Of a stretch of DNA of 7,890 bases, positions 1 to 7,675 are shown in pieces (the stretch's first letter is position 1; each line of letters begins with the position of its first letter). Under the pieces are notes generated by a model that saw nothing but the letters and a program-made list of their open reading frames with translations, did not search any database and was not told the origin of the DNA. Source of the DNA: Octopus sinensis (lineage: Eukaryota). The stretch spans positions 1 to 7,890 of the forward strand of contig NW_021828710.1 in assembly GCF_006345805.1 (NCBI RefSeq), in the 5' to 3' direction. Position numbers and translations under genes: made by a program.

Positions 1-422
1 CACAGATATACAGTGATGCATACATATATAACTACACGCATACTGTGACACACCCACCCATGTAAAGATAGTACGTATACTATGACACACACATACATTA
101 CCCTAAAAGACCATAAAGCATGTCAAAAGCAGATAAATTGAATTGACAACAGGCTTTTCTACCTCATATCTCTGTGGCTTTATAACAACTATATTAGAAA
201 ACAGTAATACCGATAGGTGGTCGAAGATTGGGTCTTTGGATTAATAAGCACCCGATTGTTGCCATCAATGTTAGTGGTTCATATATTGAAAACAAAAGTA
301 TACGATGGCACACCACTGTGGATGTGTAAATGAATAGCTTTTATGTGAAGCCAGCAAAATAAAAAAAAATTACCACAATAATTAGACTGAAACAAAATAT
401 TTTATATAAAAAAATTACTTAC

Positions 423-658
423 AATCGGAATTGGTCGCTGTTAGAGTTCTGACGGTCTTGGGTGAAATTCGAACCTGTGTCATTTACGTTGGAGTAGGCT
501 CTGAGTGTAGCTGATGTACTGCTGTCAGTTTGTTCCTGGTCTTCCTCTGTGGTTGATCGCGGTAGAAATCCGGCCTGAAGGATCTCGGCCGAGAACAACC
601 AGCAGATCGATAATGCGAGCAGGTAGTGCATACTTCTTTGTTTCCAATTGTCCGACAT
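423..658 (-). CDS. First (or near-first) coding exon of a secreted or membrane protein; partial CDS continuing beyond the window start after a phase-2 intron. Whole exon 683->423.
   Basis: Minus strand: (CT)n pyrimidine tract + ttccatttccattcAG|G acceptor (AG 685-684) and CGATT|GTAAGT consensus donor (GT 422-421). ATG at 658 (actATG, A at -3) and an in-frame ATG at 631. Peptide MSDNWKQRSMHYLLALSICWLFSAEILQA-GFLPRSTTEEDQEQ...NDT..NFT..DQFR has a basic n-region, a hydrophobic core and a small-residue cleavage site. Sequence is non-repetitive and more GC-rich than its flanks. Family not recognisable. Confidence 0.75.
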
Positions 659-702
659 AGTGACAGCGAGTGTCGTGATGAGCCTGAATGGAAATGGAAG
701 AT

Positions 703-742
703 AGAGAGAGAGAGAGAGGGAGAGAGAGAGAGAGAGAGAGAG
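703..742. repeat. (GA)n/(CT)n microsatellite acting as polypyrimidine tract for the minus-strand acceptor
   Basis: Direct reading; ends 17 nt upstream of the acceptor AG on the minus strand. Confidence 0.9.
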
Positions 743-955
743 TGAAAATCTGATAATGTTGGCAAAGAGATAGATATGATGATGGTAATAGCCATAGTAA
801 AAAAAAAAGCATTCACACATATGTATGTATATATGTATGTACAGGAGAGTAATGAATACATTGGTTTAATTGTCAATCCATTTAAATTACAGAAACACTT
901 TCAGAAACCCAGTCAGACGTTCAGACATTACTATAACTCTATAATATATATGTGA

Positions 956-1245
956 AAGCGCAATGACCCAGTTATTAGGGCAGCGGGCTTGCGGTTTCAA
1001 TTCCCAGACCGGGCTTTATGTGTGTTTATTGAGCGAAAACACCTAAAAGCTCCAAGGTAGAGGGTGGTGGAGACCCCTGTTGCACTCTTTCGCCACAACT
1101 TTCTCTCACTCTCTCTTCCTGTTTCTTGAGTAACGCTGCGATGGACTGGCGTCCCGTCCAGCTGGGTGGGGGGAGCACATACACCACAGAAACCGGGAAA
1201 CCGGGCCCATGAGCCTGGATAGGCTTGAAAAGGGTGACGTTTATC
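956..1245 (+). mobile_element. tRNA-derived SINE with a V-domain-like central motif (head internally deleted)
   Basis: Degenerate A box tgacccagttattagg (~964-979) and B box ggtttcaattcc (993-1004). The head resembles those of the SINEs at 3286 and 7643. The body contains ctgcgatggactggcgtcccgtccag (1136-1161), which resembles the V-SINE central domain as I recall it, then agaaaccgggaaaccggg. Confidence 0.7.
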
Positions 1246-1260
1246 GTTTTATAATATATA

Positions 1261-1495
1261 TGCCTTCCCCAACTGGATGGGCGTTGTCCTACTGGAAGCT
1301 CATTCGCCCTTCGACAGATCTTGTTATTAGTCCTGCTGGGTGTCCAGTCACCCATCTCACAAGAGTAGCAAGCTGCTCAAGAGAGGGGAGCCGGTTCAGT
1401 TGCTGACTATTCAGTCACGAAGCAGGTACTATTTGTTTGTATGGTACCACTAGCAGGTTTCATCAGCCTAAGATTTGCGACCTCGCTAGCCGCTT
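1261..1495 (-). mobile_element. Putative 5' non-coding fragment of a non-LTR (RTE-like) retrotransposon with a degenerate HDV-like ribozyme fold
   Basis: GC-rich, hairpin-rich block bounded by AT-rich sequence. Minus strand has GG-ACA-P4(CCC..GCAGG/TCTGT..GGG)-CGAA-TGAGCT in the order expected for an HDV-like 3' half. Element assignment is inference. Confidence 0.45.
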
Positions 1496-1536
1496 AATAT
1501 ACACATTCATGCATATGTATGCTGTGCTACTTTGTG

Positions 1537-1537
<1 letters not shown>

Positions 1538-1572
<35 letters not shown>
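1538..1572. repeat. (GT)n microsatellite
   Basis: Direct reading. Confidence 0.95.
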
Positions 1573-1573
<1 letters not shown>

Positions 1574-1809
1574 GGTAAGGAAGGTGTGCCACAGTGTTCA
1601 TTAGGGCATGTGTCTTAAACATCCTCTGATAACCGATTCCAAATCCTAACATTCTCATGTAGTTTAGCCCTTAAATCCAGGGGGACTCTTTTCTCTTGAT
1701 ACGGAAGAATGTGGGCGAAGGGTGGAACAATAAAAATCAATGCTTTCGGTTGGTTGCAACTTGTCTAGAAAAAAAAATTGTCGCTCATTATACACTCATA
1801 GACTCGTGT

Positions 1810-1934
1810 ATACCTGTGTTTCAAAAGGGCCAGCTTTGTCACATTCTGTGTCACGCTAAATCCCCCTGAAAACAACGTTTAGGGCACGCGTGTCTGTGAA
1901 GCACTCAACCACTTAAACGTTAATTTTAAGAGCA
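1810..1934 (+). mobile_element. Internal fragment of CORE-SINE family A
   Basis: Ungapped hand alignment to 3402-3526 with about 11 mismatches in 125 nt; also homologous to the reverse complement of ~7400-7522. Confidence 0.9.
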
Positions 1935-2043
1935 TCTCTGGCTACATTAGACGCATGACAAATTCTTGATATACCTAAGAAACTATAAAGTAAAGAAAAA
2001 CATAGCAAGTCTTATGAGCCGGCATATACAGCACCTTCCAGAG

Positions 2044-2343
2044 CAGGGGTCGGCAAACCGGAGTAAATTACCCTTAGTAGGGTAAAAATGAAATTCTTAC
2101 TTATGTCTAATGAAGACTCATTAGTCGTAATTAAGAATACATAAAAAAACGTGTTTCTTGTTATGACAGAAATTTTTGTTTTGGCAACCCTGTTCAATAT
2201 GTTTAGGAGACGTCACGCCAAATTGATTCATAAAATTTTAATTTCAAAGAATCTATGATTTTCGTCCTTTCAAATCTAGCGGGTAACGTTGGGGTATATA
2301 AATATATTTTGGAGTAATTGGTTAAAAAGTTGCCCGACCCCTG
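2044..2343. mobile_element. 300-bp non-autonomous hAT (Charlie/Buster-like) MITE
   Basis: TIRs caggggtcggcaaac (2044-2058) and gttgcccgacccctg (2329-2343), 13/15 match. 8-bp TSD ttccagag (2036-2043) / ttcaagag (2344-2351), 7/8, both one change from the nTCTAGAn-type target. AT-rich non-coding interior with repeated gggtaa/ggagtaa subterminal motifs. Confidence 0.9.
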
Positions 2344-2571
2344 TTCAAGAGCGAACACGTATAAGAAGTGGTCGTCGCATGTGGTCCGCACACTTCGCAA
2401 AGCCAACGCTACTCTAACTGTTACACAACACGCCTCTCATCTCTCTACGCAACACATTAGTTGCCCCGCTTCTCCAAGACACTCCACATGGTCGTCACAC
2501 ACGGCTGTACATCACCGTATGCCAGTGTGTAGAAAGTCTGGACCCAGAATGAACATAATAAGTACAATGCG

Positions 2572-2696
2572 ATGCAAATTTAACCGTCACTGTCGAGAGT
2601 AATCGAACACACGTACACAGTGTGAACGAATGAGTTTTCATATTCCGCTTCCGGAGGAAATATTTTATGAATGGAATCTACCAGAGCTGCTATTGG
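2572..2696 (-). promoter_or_regulatory. Possible promoter/enhancer motif cluster
   Basis: Minus-strand order: CCAAT (2696-2692), tandem ETS-like CCGGAAGCGGAA (2654-2643), Inr-like TCATTC (2633-2628); octamer ATGCAAAT on + at 2572-2579. Lies in CpG-containing, apparently unique sequence. Motifs are short and could be chance. Confidence 0.25.
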
Positions 2697-2707
2697 ACCG
2701 AATATGT

Positions 2708-2751
2708 TACTACTACTATAACTGCTACTACTACTGCTGCTGCTGCTGCTG

Positions 2752-2786
<35 letters not shown>

Positions 2787-2794
2787 GCTACTGC
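2708..2794. repeat. Compound trinucleotide microsatellite (TAC)n-(TGC)n-(TAC)n
   Basis: Direct reading. Confidence 0.95.
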
Positions 2795-2848
2795 GTCCGG
2801 GATTTCATGTAGTAACCTCCCTTTCCCTAGCTCTCTTGAAGCAGTTTA

Positions 2849-2904
<56 letters not shown>

Positions 2905-2966
2905 TTCAATCTGTCTGTCTCTCTGTCTACCCGTCCGTCTCCCCCCTCTCTCTCTCTCTGTTTCTC

Positions 2967-2997
<31 letters not shown>

Positions 2998-3178
2998 CTT
3001 TCTTTCTTTCTTTCTTTCTCTCTCTCTCCACAATGCCTGTTGTACTTTATCCGAACGCTTCCTTCATATCTCTCTCTCTCCCTCCCTCCCTTTTCTTATT
3101 CCTTCACCTCTCCTCTTTCTCCATCTTCCCCTCCATCTCTCCCTCTCACTCCCTCCCTCTCTCTCATTCTCTCTCTCC
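2849..3178. repeat. (CTAT)n followed by a long pyrimidine-rich (CT/CTTT/CCCT) low-complexity tract
   Basis: (CTAT)n 2849-2904; (CTTT)n ~2968-3017; degenerate CT repeats to ~3178. Confidence 0.95.
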
Positions 3179-3285
3179 ATTCCGTGATTATGCACACCAT
3201 CATGTGTGTATATAGAATTCCTGTGTAAAAGCGTGTGTAATTGTGTTTGCGTGTGTTTTACAATTATATGTCTGTGTATGCTTCG

Positions 3286-3583
3286 GTGAGGGCACGTTTA
3301 GGGTAACCGGCTCAAAGTCAATTCCCGACGGCGCGTTGTGTCCTTAAGCAAGACACTTTATTTGACGTTGCTCCAGTCCTCTTAGCTGTCAAGAATGGGT
3401 TATACATGTATTTCAAAAGGGCCAGCTTTGTCACATTCTTTGTCACGGTAAATCCCGCTGAAAACAACGTTTAGGGCAGGCGTGTCTGTGAAGCACTCAA
3501 CCACTCACACGTTAATTTCACGTGCAGACAGTTCCGTTGATCGGATCAACTGGAGCTATCGTCGTCGTAACCGACGGAGTGCC
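3286..3583 (+). mobile_element. Near full-length tRNA-derived CORE-SINE (family A; OR-like octopus SINE) with deletions in the head
   Basis: B-box remnant agtcaattccc (~3316-3326). CORE-like tgtgtccttaagcaagacactttatttgacgttgctccagt...aatgggt (3337-3400) resembles the MIR core. Colinear with the inverted copy at 7343-7643. 3' stem-loop cgtcg-taac-cgacg (3563-3576). Confidence 0.88.
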
Positions 3584-3634
3584 ATTTGTATGCTTCGAAT
3601 ATCACGGCAAACATGTTTAGAGTGCGCGCGCACC

Positions 3635-3653
3635 TGTATGTGTGTGTGTGTGT

Positions 3654-3694
<41 letters not shown>

Positions 3695-4010
3695 AGGGAG
3701 AGAGAGAGGGAGGGAGAGAGAGAGAGACAGACAGATAGAGAGCGTGCGTGTGTGTCAGTATGTGCGTATGCGTGATATCATTGTGTGTGTGTGTGTTTGT
3801 GTATGTGAATGCGTTCGTGCGCCTGATGTAGTAGTGGTGTTTGTAGCGTGTGTGTGTGTGTGTGTGCGTGCGTGCGACCGCGTGTGTACATGTGTAAGTG
3901 TGTATGTGTCTGTGTGTGCGTGTGTATTACGTCTGTGTGTGTGTATATGAGTGTGTACGTGCACCTAATATGGTGGTGGTGGTATGTTTGTGTGTGTGTG
4001 TGTGTATGCA
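3635..4010. repeat. (GT)n-(GA)n microsatellite and long degenerate (GT)-rich tract
   Basis: Direct reading. Confidence 0.95.
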
Positions 4011-4075
4011 CGCATCTTAATGACTGACTCTGTCCATAACTTGTCCTCTTAACACCATTTGATAGGCGAGGATCG

Positions 4076-4120
4076 TTTGTTTACGTTCCCCTTACACTGC
4101 AGTTCGGCAGATAAAAAGAT
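4076..4120 (+). mobile_element. Short decayed fragment of the SINE family B 3' region
   Basis: gtttacgttcccc...gcagttcggcagata resembles the reverse complement of ~7284-7319 (gtttatgtccccg...gattcggcaaata). Confidence 0.4.
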
Positions 4121-4142
4121 TCAAACAGTATATCGTATATAA

Positions 4143-4283
4143 CAGGGTAAAACATTAGATCTTTGGACAAAAAACCGTAGCTATTTCTGTTCTTTACATT
4201 CTGAGTTCAAATCCGGCTGAAATCAACATTGCTGTTCAGGGTCGACAAAATACAGTTGAAGTCCTAGACAGTGCATTGTGGGT
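4143..4283 (+). mobile_element. Decayed tRNA-derived SINE (family C)
   Basis: Clean B box gagttcaaatcc (4203-4214) in the context ctttacattctgagttcaaatcc...ggggtcga-like motif, matching an abundant octopus SINE as recalled. No second copy in the window. Confidence 0.55.
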
Positions 4284-4425
4284 ATTATTAGGAAGATGGA
4301 GGAAATACCGTGAGGTATTCCTGTATTTTACGCCCTGGTTTCATCTGCGATGATAGCCAATGTCAGGACGTATCGATTCTTGAGTTATCGATGTCGTGGA
4401 GACACGGAACTTGGCTGCTGGGTCA

Positions 4426-4484
4426 CTCTCTCTCCCTCTCTCCCTCTCTCCCTCTCTCTCTCTCCCTCTCCCTCTATCTCTCTC

Positions 4485-4534
<50 letters not shown>

Positions 4535-4556
4535 GATGTGGCTGTGTGTGTGTGTA
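4426..4556. repeat. (CT)n microsatellite followed by short (GT)n
   Basis: Direct reading. Confidence 0.95.
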
Positions 4557-4714
4557 TGAAGAATCAGGGACTCGTCCGGTTGTACCCTCAATATACGTAA
4601 ACGTTTTTTAAAATCTGTCGTTCATTTACAATGTATTTTTTCATTTATTAAGTAACGGTACGCACGCACACCCGGGTTTTTTTAACAGTAAGTATATATA
4701 TATATATATATATA

Positions 4715-4870
4715 TTTAATTAGTCAATTTAGGGTAGCAAAAAAATTCAATAGAAATTTATCGCAACCAGCGATTTTCACCTAATTTCTGAATTAATAAT
4801 ACTTGGCGGTGTGAGTTATGGCTGCTCTTTCTGGTGGACGAGTGACCTGTTGGGGTCACTCCTAAATCGT
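4715..4870. mobile_element. Unclassified interspersed repeat embedded between two (TA)n tracts
   Basis: Flanked by (TA)n at 4694-4714 and 4871-4895; terminal hairpin gagtgacc-tgttgg-ggtcactc (4840-4861). Repeat status is inferred. Confidence 0.4.
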
Positions 4871-4942
4871 TATATATATATATATATATATATATACATA
4901 CAAACATACACACACACACACGCACACACACACGCACGCACA

Positions 4943-5001
<59 letters not shown>
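4871..5001. repeat. (TA)n-(CA)n compound microsatellite
   Basis: Direct reading. Confidence 0.95.
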
Positions 5002-5002
<1 letters not shown>

Positions 5003-5003
<1 letters not shown>

Positions 5004-5378
5004 TCTTTTATTAGTTTCAGTCATTTGACTGCGGCCATGCTGAAGCACCGCCTTTAGTCGAACAAATCGACTCCGTGACTTATTCTTTGTAAGCCTAGTA
5101 CTTATTCTATCGGGCTCTTTCGTCGAAACGCTAAGTTACAGGGACGTAATCACATCAACATCGATTGTCAAGCGATGGTGGGGGGGGGGACGAACACAGA
5201 CACACAGACACACATATGCATGGCGGGCTTCATCCAATTTTCGTCTATCAAATACACTGACAATGCTTTGATCAGCCCGAAGCTATAGTAGAAGACACTT
5301 GCCCAAGGTGCCACGCAGTGAGACTGAATCTGGAACCATGTGGTTGGTAAGCAAGCTACTTACCACACAGCTACGCCT
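5003..5378 (-). mobile_element. Full-length tRNA-derived SINE (family B)
   Basis: Minus-strand head ggcgtagctgtgtggtaag (A box 5373-5363), B-box-like agattcagtctc (5331-5320), CORE-like gcaccttgggcaagtgtctt, internal GT/C-run, 3' end actgaaactaataaaagaa. Homologous pieces at 5495-5698, 6597-6650, 7208-7329 and 7772-7890. Confidence 0.9.
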
Positions 5379-5379
5379 A

Positions 5380-5403
5380 TATACGTATATGTATGTCTGT
5401 CTG

Positions 5404-5464
<61 letters not shown>
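5380..5464. repeat. (ATGT)/(TCTG)n-(TCTA)n microsatellite
   Basis: Direct reading. Confidence 0.95.
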
Positions 5465-5494
5465 ATAAATACATATGTATAATGGATAAATAGT

Positions 5495-5898
<404 letters not shown>

Positions 5899-6053
5899 GT
5901 ATACATATGTACAGACACACAGACGCGCATGAGGAACTTTCTAGAGTGCTGTGAAACGATTAACCTTGAGCGACAGTCGCCTTCATAAGCACGTGGTCTG
6001 GTGTCAAAGAGAGACTCTAAATGTTTGTTTATTAAATCTACACATGTGTCTCT

Positions 6054-6055
<2 letters not shown>

Positions 6056-6143
<88 letters not shown>

Positions 6144-6220
6144 GGGTGGTTGCGCGCTCGTGTGTGTGTGTGTGTGTGCATGCGTGTGTACACGCATGCG
6201 TACATGTGTAAACGTATGCA
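6056..6220. repeat. (GT)n microsatellite with CG/degenerate tail
   Basis: Direct reading; alternating purine-pyrimidine. Confidence 0.95.
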
Positions 6221-6221
6221 C

Positions 6222-6445
6222 GCGAGAAGGCTCTGAAAAACTCCTGGCTTTGGGTAAAAGAATATACAGGAGGATCAGTTAATTATGATTTTATTCAACA
6301 TATTCCCTTCTCAGATCCACACATTTATAGCAGCAGTCCTTCAGTTTTTTTTTCTAAGCCCTGTAAAAGAATTCGGAACGTTGGGCCTCCAGCCAGGATT
6401 TTCACGACACCCTTATTAGCCAGGAACTTTTTTGCACCCGCTCGT
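6222..6445. mobile_element. Degenerate Tc1/mariner-like MITE (~224 bp)
   Basis: Imperfect 28-bp TIRs: gcgagaaggctctgaaaaactcctggct (6222-6249) vs reverse complement of 6418-6445 acgagcgggtgcaaaaaagttcctggct, 19/28 by hand. Termini resemble mariner (TA)CGAGGG...AAAAGTT. TA TSDs not preserved. Confidence 0.65.
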
Positions 6446-6596
6446 TTGTAGAACACGACCTTTAACATACATGCACCATCACACAACTGCAAACGGGTGT
6501 ATATACGATAGAGACTTTTCAGCCCTAAGTCTATGCTTGCCCCTTGTTTTTATATGCATGTGCGTGCATGTTCGCACGCACGTCCCTCTCATTCTT

Positions 6597-6650
6597 TTTT
6601 TACTGGTTTCAGCCATTTTGACTGCGGCAATGCTGGAGCACGTTTAAGAT
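6597..6650 (-). mobile_element. 3'-terminal fragment of SINE family B
   Basis: gtttcagccattttgactgcggcaatgctggagcac matches 5014-5048 gtttcagtcatttgactgcggccatgctgaagcac. Confidence 0.8.
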
Positions 6651-6675
6651 TTCTTTGCATAACTGTCCGTGGCTG

Positions 6676-6870
6676 TGTATGTTTGTATGTATGTATGTAT
6701 GTATGTATGTATTATGTATGTATGTATGTATGTATGTATGTATGTATGTATGTTTCTATGTATGTTTGTATGTATGTATGTATGTATGTATGTATGTATG
6801 TATAAATGTATGTATGTGTGTATATATATGTAATTCTGTATGCATACATGTATATGTGCATGTATGTATA
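6676..6870. repeat. (ATGT)n microsatellite, degenerate 3' part
   Basis: Direct reading. Confidence 0.95.
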
Positions 6871-7041
6871 AGCAGGAGCGCCATCGATAGAATTTGGATT
6901 AACAACAGTAATTGCTACATATCGAAGTTTAGAAAAAGCCTTGCATATCTTAATTGTTCCACTTACAGATTGTACCCATAAAATGCATGTTAGCCGTTCT
7001 CTTCCCTTATTCGAAAATTCTAGCTTTTCTAGGGTTTGCTC

Positions 7042-7207
7042 CAGTGGTTCCCAACCTTTTTACTATCAAGGACCCCTTTTATTTAAAAGAGTTTTCCCCA
7101 CGGACCCCAGGATATTGAAAGGTCTGACAGCTTAACATGCTGACGGACCCCTAGTACTACCTATGCGGACCACCAGGGGTTCGCGGACCATAGGTTGGGA
7201 ACCACTG
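7042..7207. mobile_element. 166-bp non-autonomous hAT (Charlie-like) MITE
   Basis: Perfect 16-bp TIRs cagtggttcccaacct (7042-7057) / aggttgggaaccactg (7192-7207). 8-bp TSD gtttgctc (7034-7041) / gtttagtc (7208-7215), 6/8. Five internal ggacc(cc) motifs. Confidence 0.92.
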
Positions 7208-7329
7208 GTTTAGTCAAACAAATCGACCCCAGCAATTATGGATCTTTTTTATTTTTAAAGCCTGGTACTTATTCTATCAAACTCTATTTGCCGAATCGTT
7301 ATATCTCGGGGACATAAACCAAAACCAAC
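7208..7329 (-). mobile_element. Middle fragment of SINE family B
   Basis: tttagtcaaacaaatcgac...aagcctggtacttattctatc...gggac matches ~5053-5145. Confidence 0.85.
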
Positions 7330-7342
7330 TATATATATAGGA

Positions 7343-7643
7343 GCACTCCGTCGGTTACGACGACGAGGGTCCCAGCTGATGCGATCAACGGAACAGCTTG
7401 CTCGTGAAATTAACGTGCAAGTGGCTGGGTACTCCACAAACACGTGTACCCTTAACGTAGTTCTCAGGGAGATTCAGCGTAACACAAAGTGTGACAAGGC
7501 TGGCCCTTTGAAATATAGATACTACTCATTTTTGCCAGCTGAGTGGACTGGAGCAATGTGAAATAAAGTGTCTTGCTCAAGGACACAACGCACCGACGGG
7601 AATTGTACTGACGACCTTACGATCGTGAGCCGAATGCCCTAAC
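7343..7643 (-). mobile_element. CORE-SINE family A, 5' end clipped within the A box
   Basis: Reverse complement is colinear with 3286-3583: head gttagggcattcggctcacgatcgtaaggtcgtcagtacaattcccg, CORE tgtgtccttgagcaagacactttatttc, identical 3' stem-loop. Confidence 0.92.
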
Positions 7644-7675
7644 AAGCAAGCGTATTAATTTGACCCTCGGGAAGT

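Noticed and set aside
36-90. 18-nt direct repeat acgcatactgtgacacac / acgtatactatgacacac
   Set aside because: Two copies in a degenerate CA-rich tract; ordinary local slippage, not an array.
684-876. N-terminal part of ORF 419..820 and overlapping ORFs 484..876 and 525..812
   Set aside because: They read through the (CT)n tract and intron; only the part downstream of the acceptor at 684 looks coding.
1264-1284. Inverted similarity (cgcccatccagttgggg) to the SINE motif at 1150-1170
   Set aside because: Only ~17 nt with mismatches; cannot be distinguished from chance.
1453-1468. CTGATGAAAC on the minus strand as a hammerhead core
   Set aside because: CUGAUGA and GAAA overlap with no stem II, and no stem I/III fits.
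2630-3228. Poly-Thr/Ala mucin-like, poly-Tyr/Cys and 'LSIY' ORFs
   Set aside because: Translations of TAC/TGC, CTAT and CTTT microsatellites, with no splice or composition support.
4426-4600. Plus-strand acceptor-like (CT)n-CAG at ~4533-4535 with possible donor GTAAAC at 4597
   Set aside because: Putative exon contains a GT microsatellite, the donor is weak, and it is opposite to the supported gene strand.
5320-5378. Functional tRNA gene at SINE heads (also 958-1005, 4143-4214, 7595-7643)
   Set aside because: A/B boxes are degenerate, no full cloverleaf forms, and each continues into a SINE body.
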